Assembly (NCBI GenBank): GCA_963762255.1 | Contig: CAVXKA010000002.1 | Span: 512,001-576,000, forward strand | DNA length: 64,000 nucleotides | Direction of reading: 5' to 3' | DNA from: Candidatus Eiseniibacteriota bacterium | Lineage (GTDB): Bacteria > Eisenbacteria > RBG-16-71-46 > JABDJR01 | Shown: piece after piece, positions 31,699 to 40,704 of the stretch | Numbering within the stretch: position 1 is the stretch's first letter | Layout: every line of letters starts with the position of its first letter | Translations under genes and position numbers: made by a program | The notes under the pieces: generated by a model | Seen by the model: only the letters and a program-made list of their open reading frames with translations | The model's database searches: none | Told to the model about the DNA's origin: nothing

Positions 31699-33000
31699 AT
31701 GGTCAAGACGAACAAGACCGCTCAGCCGGACGGATTCACTGCCGGCGACAACTTCAAGGTTCGAGACATCGCATTGGCCCCTCAGGGGCGGAAGAAGATC
31801 GAATGGGCGGAGAGCCGCATGCCGGTGCTCATGGCGCTTCGCGAGAAGTACGCGAAGACGAAGCCCATGAAGGGCATGCGCGTGGCGGGCTGCCTCCACG
31901 TGACCAAGGAGACGGCGGTGCTGGTGGAGACGCTTCGCGCGGCCGGCGCTGAGATCTCGTGGTCGGGCTGCAATCCCCTCTCCACCCAGGACGACGTGGC
32001 GGCGGCGCTGGCGACCAAGGGCTCGTCGATCTACGCGTGGCACGGGATGAACGTGAAGGAGTTCTACTGGTGCATCGAGAAGACGCTCGAGATGAACCCC
32101 ACGCTGACCCTCGATGACGGCGCCGATCTCATCATGACCGTGCACACGAAGCGTCAGGACAAGGCGCAGTACGTGCTGGGCGGCACCGAGGAGACGACCA
32201 CCGGGGTACACCGGCTGCGCGCTCTGGCCGCCGACGGCAAGCTCCTCTACCCGGTCATCGCGGTGAACGACGCCGAGACCAAGTGGGACTTCGACAACGT
32301 CTACGGCACCGGCCAGTCCTCGATCGACGGCATCCTGCGCGCCACCAGCGTGTTGTTGGCGGGCAAGAACTTCGTGGTCGCCGGATTCGGCCACTGCGGC
32401 CGCGGCGTGGCCATGCGCGCGAAGGGCATGGGCGCCAACGTGATCGTCACCGAGGTGAAGGCCACGGCGGCCCTGAAGGCCACGCTCGAAGGCTTCCAGG
32501 TCATGAAGATGGACCAGGCGGCCAAGGTCGGCGATATCTTCATCACGGCCACCGGGATGAAGGACGTCATCGTGGAGCGCCACTTCGAGCGCATGCGCGA
32601 CGGCGCGATCGTGTGCAACACGGGTCACTACGATTGCGAGATCAACATCGAGCACCTGGAGAAGCTCAAGAAGTCGAAGCGCGACGTGCGCGACAACAAC
32701 GAGGAGTACACGCTCGCCGACGGTCGGCGGATCTATCTCCTGGCCCAGGGGCGGCTGGTGAACCTGGCCGCGGCCGAGGGACATCCCTCCGAGGTGATGG
32801 ACATGTCCTTCGCCAACCAGTTCCTCTCACTGCTCCGCCTCTCCCGCGAAGGGAAGAAGATGGGCAAGGAGGTCTACACGATCTCGGAGGAGCAAGACCA
32901 GGAGATCGCCGGGGTGAAGCTAGCGACCATGTTGCTCGGGCTGGACAAGCTCACTAAGGAGCAGATCGCCTACGCCGACGACTACATGGCAGGGACGTAG
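31699..33000 (+). CDS. ahcY: Adenosylhomocysteinase
   Basis: GCLHVTKET, CNPLSTQD, EETTTGV, FDNVYGTGQS and GRLVNLAAAEGHPSEVMDMSF motifs. Confidence 0.98.
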   Translation: MVKTNKTAQPDGFTAGDNFKVRDIALAPQGRKKIEWAESRMPVLMALREKYAKTKPMKGMRVAGCLHVTKETAVLVETLRAAGAEISWSGCNPLSTQDDVAAALATKGSSIYAWHGMNVKEFYWCIEKTLEMNPTLTLDDGADLIMTVHTKRQDKAQYVLGGTEETTTGVHRLRALAADGKLLYPVIAVNDAETKWDFDNVYGTGQSSIDGILRATSVLLAGKNFVVAGFGHCGRGVAMRAKGMGANVIVTEVKATAALKATLEGFQVMKMDQAAKVGDIFITATGMKDVIVERHFERMRDGAIVCNTGHYDCEINIEHLEKLKKSKRDVRDNNEEYTLADGRRIYLLAQGRLVNLAAAEGHPSEVMDMSFANQFLSLLRLSREGKKMGKEVYTISEEQDQEIAGVKLATMLLGLDKLTKEQIAYADDYMAGT

Positions 33001-33025
33001 ATCACGGCTCGTTGAGTGCACGTGA

Positions 33026-33062
33026 AGAGCCGGGGTTCCGCAAGGGGCCCCGGCTCTCTTGT
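33026..33062 (+). terminator. Putative intrinsic terminator after ahcY
   Basis: Hairpin AGAGCCGGGG..GCAA..CCCCGGCTCT followed by CTTGT; lies between convergent genes. Confidence 0.6.
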
Positions 33063-33121
33063 AGAGGGTCGCGCCGGCGCGACCGCGATGCCCACCCGCA
33101 CGATCATCCGCGCCCGCCGGG

Positions 33122-34141
33122 TCACGCGAAGGGATGGTCCCACTCGGTGAGCAGTTCGGCTTCGCGTGCGGGCTTCAATCCCGCCTTGAGCTCCGTACCG
33201 ACCGGCCGCGTCGCGTCCCATGCCAGCGTCTCGCGCACGATGTTGAGGAGCGGCCGCACGGTGAGCCCGTCCGCGGCCGCGCGCGAGACGTCCACCTCCA
33301 TGAGACCGTCCTCCTCGGCCGGAGTGGCCAGGGGAAGATCGGACCAGAGCTCCACCTTGCGCTCGAGCAGATAGCGCTCGTCCACCCACACGAACTCGGC
33401 CTTGCTCCCCGCCGCTTCACGGCACGTGGTGAGCACCTGCTCCATCGTGTAGGGCGCCGCCACCTGCGTGCCGTTTCCCGCCGGACCTATCGGTCCGGTG
33501 GCGTTGTAGATGCCAGCCTTCCCGAGTTCCGCCATCCGCAGCATCCACGCGGCGAGGTCGGCAGCGTGGATAAACTGCACCGGACGTTCGGGAGGACTCG
33601 GCACGAGAACGCGCCCGCCTGTCGAGACGCGCCGTACCCAGTAGGTGAAGCGGTCGGTCACATCGTACGGTCCCACGATGAGCCCCGCGCGCACGCTGAG
33701 TACGCGACCGGGCATGGCGTGCTCGGCGGCCTCCTCGCAAAGCGCCTTCAAGCCGCCGTACGTCTTCTCGGTGATCTCCTCCACCTTCGGGTCTTCAAGC
33801 ACGACCACCGGCGCCCGCTCGTCCATCCCCGCGTAGAACTTGCTGTAGACGGAGATGCTGGAGACGAACGTGTAGTGGCCGACCTTGTCGGCGAGATAGC
33901 GCGCCGAGGCCCCGACCAGCCGCGGGAAGTAGCCGCAGGTATCGATGGCCGCGTCCCACGTGCGGCCGGCGAGCTTGTCGAGATCGCCGTCGCGGTTGCC
34001 GAGGATGTGCTCGACCTCGGGGAAGAGCCCGGGGTTGGTCTCGCCGCGATGGAAGAGCGTGATGGTGTGGCCGGCTTTCTTGGCGAGTTCAACGGTGTGA
34101 CGGCCGAGGAACTTGGTGCCGCCGAGGATGAGGAGCTTCAT
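33122..34141 (-). CDS. NAD-dependent epimerase/dehydratase (atypical SDR)
   Basis: ILGGTKFLG, FHRG, FVSSISVY, YGGLK and RAGLIVGP motifs. Confidence 0.9.
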   Translation of the reverse strand: MKLLILGGTKFLGRHTVELAKKAGHTITLFHRGETNPGLFPEVEHILGNRDGDLDKLAGRTWDAAIDTCGYFPRLVGASARYLADKVGHYTFVSSISVYSKFYAGMDERAPVVVLEDPKVEEITEKTYGGLKALCEEAAEHAMPGRVLSVRAGLIVGPYDVTDRFTYWVRRVSTGGRVLVPSPPERPVQFIHAADLAAWMLRMAELGKAGIYNATGPIGPAGNGTQVAAPYTMEQVLTTCREAAGSKAEFVWVDERYLLERKVELWSDLPLATPAEEDGLMEVDVSRAAADGLTVRPLLNIVRETLAWDATRPVGTELKAGLKPAREAELLTEWDHPFA

Positions 34142-36291
34142 CGATTCATCTCCTGACAATCGCAACGGGGAACGAATACGGGGAGGAGAACCGGGCCTCC
34201 GACGTACACTCCTCCACGCCGGTTGCACACCCCGGACCGGAACGAGGAGGGCCCGCGCCCGATCTGCGCGCGGACGCGCTCCCCGATCTCGGGAAGGGTA
34301 TCGACTCCCGTCTCCAAGCTCACGAACAGCGCAACGCCGGGGACAAGAGTCTGGAAGTGACCACGCGAATCGGAGTCGACGACCCCGAAGTTGAAAGGAG
34401 TATCGCAGGAGTAGACGTTCCGGCCGCCGCAATCCAACGCGAACCCCGCTCCCTGGCCCTCCGACACGCCCAGACACATGTGAGGTGCACGAAGCGTATC
34501 CGCACCCGCGCCGTCGGCGAGCACTCCCAGACCCAGGTTCCCACCATAGCCCATGGCGAAACCGGGAGTCGCGGCGATTCGGTAGGCGTCTTCACCTGCC
34601 GCATCCACCAAGAGCCCCGCCCCCTGGTTCTCTCCGAAGCCCTGCGCTTGCGCGGCGCATGTGTAGCGATCCCGCCCGCGCAAGTCGATGAGCACCCCCA
34701 GGCCCGCGTTCGCGGCCGCGCCCTGCGCGTGGGTCGCCGCTGTGTACGTGTCGTCTCCCGAGGCATCCAGCAGGATCCCGATGCCGCCGGCCATCCAATC
34801 CCCGGACGCCGCTCCCTGTGTGAACACGCAAGGGGCCGCGCCCGAAAGCCCCGGCGTGCTATCGGATCGAGCCGCTTGAGCACAGCTCAGGTACTCGTCC
34901 GCCCCCGAGAGATCGACGAGCAACCCCGCGCCACCGGGACCGCCGAACCCCTGACCCCATCCCGGATGGTCTGCGGCGACACCCTCCCGCCCATGGACCC
35001 CGCGCAACTCGTAGCGGTCGTCTCCAGCACTATCCGCAAGCAGCCCCATTCCGAAGGCCGCCGCACCCTCGCCCCACCCCCGCATGGTATAGGTGTCGTT
35101 CCCGCCTTCATCGTAGATCCAGCCAACGCCGAGGAAGCCGAACCCGCACGCCCAGCGCTCACCAACATAGTGGTCGTTCCCCCGGGCCAAGTCCATGACG
35201 GCCGCATAGCCGAGAATCGCCCCCCCCGGACCGACCATGCCGGAATCGACGGGCGCATAGCAATCGTCTCCACCCAGGTCGACGACGACCGATACCGGGT
35301 CTTCACCGGAAACGGCTCCGGGGCCTTCAAAAGTGTCATTCCCGCCCAGATCGAACACGAGAAGATACGCTCCCCGGTATCGGTTTGGACCCGTCCCGCC
35401 GACGGCGACTCTCCCTCGCGGCGTGGTCCATTCGATCTGGAAGTCGCGGGCGTCCGGCGCGGGCATCGCGGCTTGCGCGCGCTCCATCGCCGTAGCCAGT
35501 GCGACCGCGCCTCGCGCGAGCCCGTCGCGATCGAATCGCTCGAAGGCCTTGCGCATATCCGACCGGGCGCGGGAAGGTCGGGTCCGCGGTTCGGCCGTCT
35601 CGGCCAGATGGACGCGCAATACCTCGGCGGTGCGGCGGGATTTGCCGCCCAGAAGACCGCCGCTGGCAAGTTCGGAGCGGTCAACAAGGTCGTCTCTTGC
35701 CTCGACCGCTCCCGCCACGGCGCGAATCAGGCTCGCCAGCCTCAAGGCCGTGCTCGATCCCAATCTCTCCCCTTCGCGCACGATCTGTTCCCGCTCCCGT
35801 CCTTGGAGGCGCTTCCCGCTCCCCCGGTAGAGCAGCTCGATGACATCGACGAGAACGGGCGGATCGTGCGTCTCCGCGGGGGGGCTCCCGACCATGAGGT
35901 CGTCGGCGGACGGCCTTGGATCGGCAGCGCTGGCCATCGCCATGTCCCACAGACAGCGGGACGGCTTGAGGTCGCCCCTGGTGAGCAATCGCCCGCGATC
36001 CTCCAATAGAGCCGGCGATCTCAACGGCTCCGCCATCACGTAGCGATGCAACGGGAGACGATCTGGATAGCCTCCGGCCAGGTCGAGCGTAGCGGGGTCC
36101 ACGCGGAACTGGTCGCGCGTGACCCCCTGGACGGCAGCCAGCGAATCCAAGGCGCTCCACAGCCACGGCCAGTTGAGGGCGAGATCCCACCCTTCATCCG
36201 CGCTCACCCGGGTGATCATTCCCGCAGATAGAAGCGCGGCGAGCCCCATTGTCCCCGCGCAGACGGACCTCGCGGACAGAAACCGCCTCAC
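34138..36291 (-). CDS. Hypothetical exported protein with about 11 DxxGxDxY Gly/Asp-rich repeats
   Basis: GTG at 36291 overlaps the plsC stop; signal-like N-terminus. Repeats: DLGGNDTF, DLGGDDCY, DEGGNDTY, DSAGDDRY, DLSGADEY, DASGDDTY, DLRGRDRY, DAAGEDAY. Confidence 0.8.
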   Translation of the reverse strand: MRRFLSARSVCAGTMGLAALLSAGMITRVSADEGWDLALNWPWLWSALDSLAAVQGVTRDQFRVDPATLDLAGGYPDRLPLHRYVMAEPLRSPALLEDRGRLLTRGDLKPSRCLWDMAMASAADPRPSADDLMVGSPPAETHDPPVLVDVIELLYRGSGKRLQGREREQIVREGERLGSSTALRLASLIRAVAGAVEARDDLVDRSELASGGLLGGKSRRTAEVLRVHLAETAEPRTRPSRARSDMRKAFERFDRDGLARGAVALATAMERAQAAMPAPDARDFQIEWTTPRGRVAVGGTGPNRYRGAYLLVFDLGGNDTFEGPGAVSGEDPVSVVVDLGGDDCYAPVDSGMVGPGGAILGYAAVMDLARGNDHYVGERWACGFGFLGVGWIYDEGGNDTYTMRGWGEGAAAFGMGLLADSAGDDRYELRGVHGREGVAADHPGWGQGFGGPGGAGLLVDLSGADEYLSCAQAARSDSTPGLSGAAPCVFTQGAASGDWMAGGIGILLDASGDDTYTAATHAQGAAANAGLGVLIDLRGRDRYTCAAQAQGFGENQGAGLLVDAAGEDAYRIAATPGFAMGYGGNLGLGVLADGAGADTLRAPHMCLGVSEGQGAGFALDCGGRNVYSCDTPFNFGVVDSDSRGHFQTLVPGVALFVSLETGVDTLPEIGERVRAQIGRGPSSFRSGVCNRRGGVYVGGPVLLPVFVPRCDCQEMNR

Positions 36292-37064
36292 GCGTCTTCC
36301 CCCTTCGCCGGCGCTTTCCCCTCGATACCCTCCACCGCCGCCGACGCCGGCAACCCCGACAGCATCGCGCGGCGCACCTCCAGCACCAGGGCATCGATGT
36401 CCGAGCGCGTGCGGCCTTCCACGCTCACCGGCGGATGGATCACCACATGAATGTTGCCCGGACGGAAGAGAAGCTGCATCTTGCCGTAGATGGTACCGGC
36501 GTTGTGGATCGAGATGGGCAGGATCGGAGAGCCGGTGTCCACCGCCACGTAGAACCCGCCCCGCTTGAACGGAAGCAAGCGATCCGACGGCGACCGTGTT
36601 CCCTCCGGAAAGATCGCGAGCGCGATCCCTCGGTGGATCTTCGCCGTCGCCTCGCGCAACGCCGCCACAGCCTGCTCGCGATTGCCGCGATTCACCTTGA
36701 TGTGCTGCGAGCTGGCCACTGCCCATCCGAGGATGGGGATGCGCTTGAGCTCGCGCTTGGCTACGAAGCGGATGCTGAGCCCTCGCACGCTCAGCACCAC
36801 CGCCGGAATGTCGAGATAGCTCCTGTGGTTGGGCATGAGCACGCATGCCTGACTGCGGGGCACGTTCTCGGTGCCCTCCACGCTCAAACGCACACCGATA
36901 CCGAAGAGGATCATCCGCGAGTAGGTGTCCTGCCAGAAGTCCATCCAGACCGCGCGCCTGTCGAATGGCGCACCGATGAGGTAGGAGATGCCGCAGAAGA
37001 CGGTCGCAGCGACCACCCAGAGGTAGGCCCAGATTGTCAGGATGGCGCGCAGGAGGATCACCAT
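36288..37064 (-). CDS. plsC: 1-acyl-sn-glycerol-3-phosphate acyltransferase
   Basis: NHRSYLD, FVAKREL, IFPEGTRS and PFKRGGF motifs. Confidence 0.92.
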   Translation of the reverse strand: MVILLRAILTIWAYLWVVAATVFCGISYLIGAPFDRRAVWMDFWQDTYSRMILFGIGVRLSVEGTENVPRSQACVLMPNHRSYLDIPAVVLSVRGLSIRFVAKRELKRIPILGWAVASSQHIKVNRGNREQAVAALREATAKIHRGIALAIFPEGTRSPSDRLLPFKRGGFYVAVDTGSPILPISIHNAGTIYGKMQLLFRPGNIHVVIHPPVSVEGRTRSDIDALVLEVRRAMLSGLPASAAVEGIEGKAPAKGEDA

Positions 37065-37151
37065 GGGCGACTACTTTCGGGCCGCGGCCGGCCCCGGTCA
37101 AGGGTGGCGCGGCGGACCCGTTGAGGCACGAGGCCGGAGGGGCATGACGGC

Positions 37152-37185
37152 AAACGAAAGGGGCGGAGGCAAACGCCCCCGCCCC
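37152..37185 (-). terminator. Putative intrinsic terminator after mdh
   Basis: Minus-strand GC hairpin (GGGGCGG..CCGCCCC) followed by TTTCGTTT. Confidence 0.6.
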
Positions 37186-37208
37186 CGCGAACCTGTGGCC
37201 GACCCGAG

Positions 37209-38138
37209 CTACAGGAGAGCCAGCTCCTTCACGCCCGACTCGACTTCGGCGGCGGACTTCCGCAGCGCCTCGAGTTCGTCGGCCGCCAGCGGCAGCTCCA
37301 CGATCTTCTCCACCCCGCGCGCGCCGAGGATGATCGGCACGCCGACGTAGGTGTTCTTGACCCCGTACTGCCCGGTGCAGTACGCGCAGCCGGCGATGAA
37401 CCGCTTGTTGTCGAGCAGGATCGCCTCGGCCATCTGCGCCGCACCGGCGCCCGGCGCGTAGAACGCGCTGCCGGTCTTGAGCAGAGCCACGATCTCGCCG
37501 CCGCCCTTGCGCGTGCGATCCACGAGACGATCGATGGTGGCCTTGTCCATGAGGTCGGTGATGGTGACACCGCTCACCGTGGCGTAACGCGGCAGCGGGA
37601 CCATCGAGTCGCCGTGCCCACCGAGGACCATCGCGTGCACGTCGGTTGCCGCCACGTTCAGCTCCATGGCGATGAACGCGCGAAAGCGCGTGGAGTCCAG
37701 CACGCCGGCCATGCCCACCACGCGGTTGGCCGGGAATCCCGTGACCTGCATCATGTGCTGGGTCATGATGTCGAGCGGATTCGACACCACGACGACGTAG
37801 GCGTTCGGCGCGTGCTTCTTGATGTCGGCGCCGATGCCCCCGACGATCTTCGCGTTGACGGACAGCAGATCCGTGCGGCTCATGCCCGGCTTGCGGGGCA
37901 CGCCCGCGGTGACGATGACCACGTCGGAGCCGGCGATGTCCTTGACGTCGCTGGTGCCGGTGACCTTCGCATCGTACCCGCGAACGGGGCCGGCCTGCGC
38001 CAGGTCCAGGCCCTTACCGTTCGGCACGCCTTCCACGATGTCCACGAGCACGACTTCGCAGATGCCCCGCTCCGCCAAGTAGAGCCCCGCCGAGGCGCCG
38101 ACGTTTCCACCGCCGCCGATTACGCTGACCTTTCTCAT
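37209..38138 (-). CDS. mdh: Malate dehydrogenase (LDH-like)
   Basis: GGGGNVG, AGVPRKPGMSR (Arg specificity residue), LDSTRF and GGHGD motifs. Confidence 0.95.
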   Translation of the reverse strand: MRKVSVIGGGGNVGASAGLYLAERGICEVVLVDIVEGVPNGKGLDLAQAGPVRGYDAKVTGTSDVKDIAGSDVVIVTAGVPRKPGMSRTDLLSVNAKIVGGIGADIKKHAPNAYVVVVSNPLDIMTQHMMQVTGFPANRVVGMAGVLDSTRFRAFIAMELNVAATDVHAMVLGGHGDSMVPLPRYATVSGVTITDLMDKATIDRLVDRTRKGGGEIVALLKTGSAFYAPGAGAAQMAEAILLDNKRFIAGCAYCTGQYGVKNTYVGVPIILGARGVEKIVELPLAADELEALRKSAAEVESGVKELALL

Positions 38139-38207
38139 GAGTCCTCCCCTCCCTATGGGTTACCGGTCGGCCCGCCGCCGCGCCCGCGCGACGATGGGGC
38201 CGCCAAC

Positions 38208-38252
38208 AAAAAAAGGCCATGACCCGCGGACGCATCCGGGCGGGGCATGGCC
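38208..38252 (-). terminator. Intrinsic terminator after rpmA
   Basis: GGCCATG...CATGGCC stem followed by a T run on the minus strand. Confidence 0.7.
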
Positions 38253-38271
38253 CTCATCGAAACCGTACGAG

Positions 38272-38529
38272 CTATTCGACCGGCGTTATCGAGACCTCGC
38301 GGCGGTCCTTGCCCCGACGCTTGAAGGTCACGTGGCCGTCGATCAGCGCGAACAACGTGTCGTCCTTGCCCCGTCCCACGTGCGTCCCCGGGATGATCCG
38401 GGTGCCGCGCTGACGCAGGATGATGCTGCCCGCGGTGACGAGTTCACCGCCGAACGCCTTGACCCCGAGCCTCTGGCCCTGGGAATCGCGGCCGTTGCGG
38501 CTGGATCCTACGCCTTTTTTGTGAGCCAT
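38272..38529 (-). CDS. rpmA: 50S ribosomal protein L27
   Basis: [21 protein letters not shown] and DDTLFAL motifs. Confidence 0.98.
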   Translation of the reverse strand: MAHKKGVGSSRNGRDSQGQRLGVKAFGGELVTAGSIILRQRGTRIIPGTHVGRGKDDTLFALIDGHVTFKRRGKDRREVSITPVE

Positions 38530-38605
38530 GCTCCCTACTCCTTCCGATGGGACCGCCGCGCGCAAACGCCCTGTCGCGCGGGACCGCGGCGATCCGCGGC
38601 CGGAA

Positions 38606-38917
38606 TCAGCCCTGAATGCCCGAGATGCGGATCTCGGTGAAGTCCTGCCTAAATCCCCAGCGGCGCCGATAGTCCTTACGCCGCTTGTACTTTCCGGCCA
38701 CCGTCTTCTTCGTGCGCCCGTGAGTCAACACCTGCGCGGAGACCGCGGCCCCTTCGACGATCGGGGTTCCCACCTTGATGAGGGATCCGTCGCCGACGAG
38801 AAGCACCTCGGTCAAGTTCAGGTTGGCCCCTTCCTCGACATCGAGGAGCGGCACGCGGAGAACCTGATCTTTTTCGACCCGGTACTGAAAACCGGCTACC
38901 TTGACGACTGCGTACAT
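38606..38917 (-). CDS. rplU: 50S ribosomal protein L21
   Basis: [14 protein letters not shown] and [14 protein letters not shown] motifs. Confidence 0.97.
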   Translation of the reverse strand: MYAVVKVAGFQYRVEKDQVLRVPLLDVEEGANLNLTEVLLVGDGSLIKVGTPIVEGAAVSAQVLTHGRTKKTVAGKYKRRKDYRRRWGFRQDFTEIRISGIQG

Positions 38918-38970
38918 GAAACAAGCCTCCCGGAGGCCGCTCAGGCCTCCCCTGCAAACAAAGCCGGAGG

Positions 38971-38999
38971 AGAGTACCAGCGAGGCCGGGGACGGTCAA
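38971..38999 (-). promoter_or_regulatory. Putative sigma70 promoter of rplU-rpmA
   Basis: TTGACC-17 nt-TACTCT with extended -10 TG. Confidence 0.65.
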
Positions 39000-39110
39000 G
39001 CCGGAATTGGGCCGAGGGCGCCCCACCCGGACCCGCCGGGCCGCCCGCCTTCACGGGCCGCCGGGCGACTCGCCCTCGCGAGGCCGCCTAACGGCTCGCC
39101 TCCCCTTCGC

Positions 39111-40697
39111 CTACGGCCGGAACCGCTCCGTCACGTCCTCGTTGGTGCGCGGGAAGATGATCTTGACCTCGCCCCGCTTGAGCCGGGGGTCGTCCCGCAC
39201 GTCGATCTGGAGCTTGAACTTCTCCTCGATGCGGGCCAGGCGCTCGGAGTTCTCTGCGAACAGATGCTGCCCCAGCTCCGGCGACACCCGAAGTTCGATC
39301 ATCTTCTCCTGCGTGTTCACCCCGACCCGCGTCAGGAGCCGCTCCACCTTGAGGGCGACCGCCTCGAGGCTCAGCACCTTGCCGAGACCGCTGCACGTCG
39401 GACAGTCGTCCGAGTAGTAGTGAAGCAGGCTCGGCCGCTCGCGCTGGCGGGTCATCTCGATCATGCCCAGTTCGGACACCGCAAACGTCTTCGTGCGGCT
39501 CCGGTCGCGCTTCAGGTGCTTGCGGAGTTCCTCCAGGACGGCCTTCTTGTTGGCCTCGGACTCCATGTCGATGAAGTCGAGCACGATGATCCCGCCCACG
39601 TCGCGCAGGCGAAGCTGGCGCGTGATCTCCTTGGCCGCCTCGATGTTGGTCTTGAGGATGGTCTCTTCCTGGTTCTTCTTGCCCACGAAGCGGCCGGTGT
39701 TCACGTCGATCGCGATGAGGGCCTCGGCCTGGTCGATCACGATGTACCCGCCGCGCTTGAGCCACACCTTGCGCTCGAAGAGCTTCTCGATCTCCCCCTC
39801 GATGCGGAACGCGTCGAAGATGGGGAGCTTGCCGCGGTACAGGCGCACGCGGCTGGCGAGATCGGGCGAGAAGGTGCGCAGGTAGTCGCGGATCTCGGCG
39901 AACGCCTCGGGCGAGTCCACCGCGACCTCGTCCACGCCCTCCGTGAGAACGTCGCGGATGAGACCGGTGGCCAGGGACAGCTCGCGGTGGATGACGGCGG
40001 GCGCGGGCGCGGACTGCACGCGGCGCTCGATCTTCGTCCAGAGCGTGGTCAAGTACTCGATGTCCTCGGCGAACTCCTCCTTGGATCGTCCTTCACCCGC
40101 GGTGCGCACGATCACCCCGGCATTCTTGGGGCGCACCTCGCGCAGGATGCGCTTCAGGCGGAGGCGCTCGTCGCGGCTGGGGATCTTGCGGGAGACGCCG
40201 ACGTGGTCGGCGCCCGGCATGAACACGACGTAGCGGCCGGGCAGCGAGAGCTGCTGGCTCACCCGGGGGCCCTTGGTGGAGATGGGCTCCTTGGTCACCT
40301 GGACCACGACTTCCTGACCCTTGGTCAGGTGCTCCTCGATCTTGGCCACCCCTTCGAAGCGGGGCTTGCGCCTGGAGGATCGGCCGCGACCGCCGAGACG
40401 GCCTCCGGCGGCGGGAGCGGGAGCCTCGTCGTCGCCCTCGTCATCGAGGTCGATGTCGTCGCTCAGCCCGGAGGTGGAGAGATCGGAGGCGTGGAGGAAC
40501 GCGGTCTTGGCCAGGCCGATCTCCACGAAGGCGGCCTGCATGCCGGGGAGAACCGCGTTGACCTTGCCCTTGTAGATGTCCCCTACGATGCGCCGCTCGT
40601 CGGGGCGCTCCACCAGGAGTTCGACGAGTTGCTTGTCTTCGAGGATGGCGACCCGTGTTTCTTTCGGGTCGGAGTTGATGACAATCGATTTCTGCAT
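39111..40697 (-). CDS. rng: Ribonuclease E/G family (RNase G-length, no scaffold)
   Basis: GDIYKGKV..VLPGMQAAFV, KEPISTKGPR, AIDVNTG, RLRDVGGIIVLDFIDM and CPTCSG motifs. Confidence 0.93.
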   Translation of the reverse strand: MQKSIVINSDPKETRVAILEDKQLVELLVERPDERRIVGDIYKGKVNAVLPGMQAAFVEIGLAKTAFLHASDLSTSGLSDDIDLDDEGDDEAPAPAAGGRLGGRGRSSRRKPRFEGVAKIEEHLTKGQEVVVQVTKEPISTKGPRVSQQLSLPGRYVVFMPGADHVGVSRKIPSRDERLRLKRILREVRPKNAGVIVRTAGEGRSKEEFAEDIEYLTTLWTKIERRVQSAPAPAVIHRELSLATGLIRDVLTEGVDEVAVDSPEAFAEIRDYLRTFSPDLASRVRLYRGKLPIFDAFRIEGEIEKLFERKVWLKRGGYIVIDQAEALIAIDVNTGRFVGKKNQEETILKTNIEAAKEITRQLRLRDVGGIIVLDFIDMESEANKKAVLEELRKHLKRDRSRTKTFAVSELGMIEMTRQRERPSLLHYYSDDCPTCSGLGKVLSLEAVALKVERLLTRVGVNTQEKMIELRVSPELGQHLFAENSERLARIEEKFKLQIDVRDDPRLKRGEVKIIFPRTNEDVTERFRP

Positions 40698-40704
40698 GGA
40701 ATCC

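Noticed and set aside
36202-36216. GCTCACCCGGGTGAT, similar to the HNH palindrome
   Set aside because: A partial match inside an unrelated coding region, far from the HNH gene. Likely chance, though worth counting in a genome-wide scan.
36292-37101. N-terminal extension of the 987-aa ORF 34138..37101
   Set aside because: It overlaps plsC out of frame. The GTG at 36291 followed by a signal peptide is the plausible start.
40360-40480. Acidic/basic insertion in the RNase E/G S1 domain
   Set aside because: Variable insertions at this position are common in the family.
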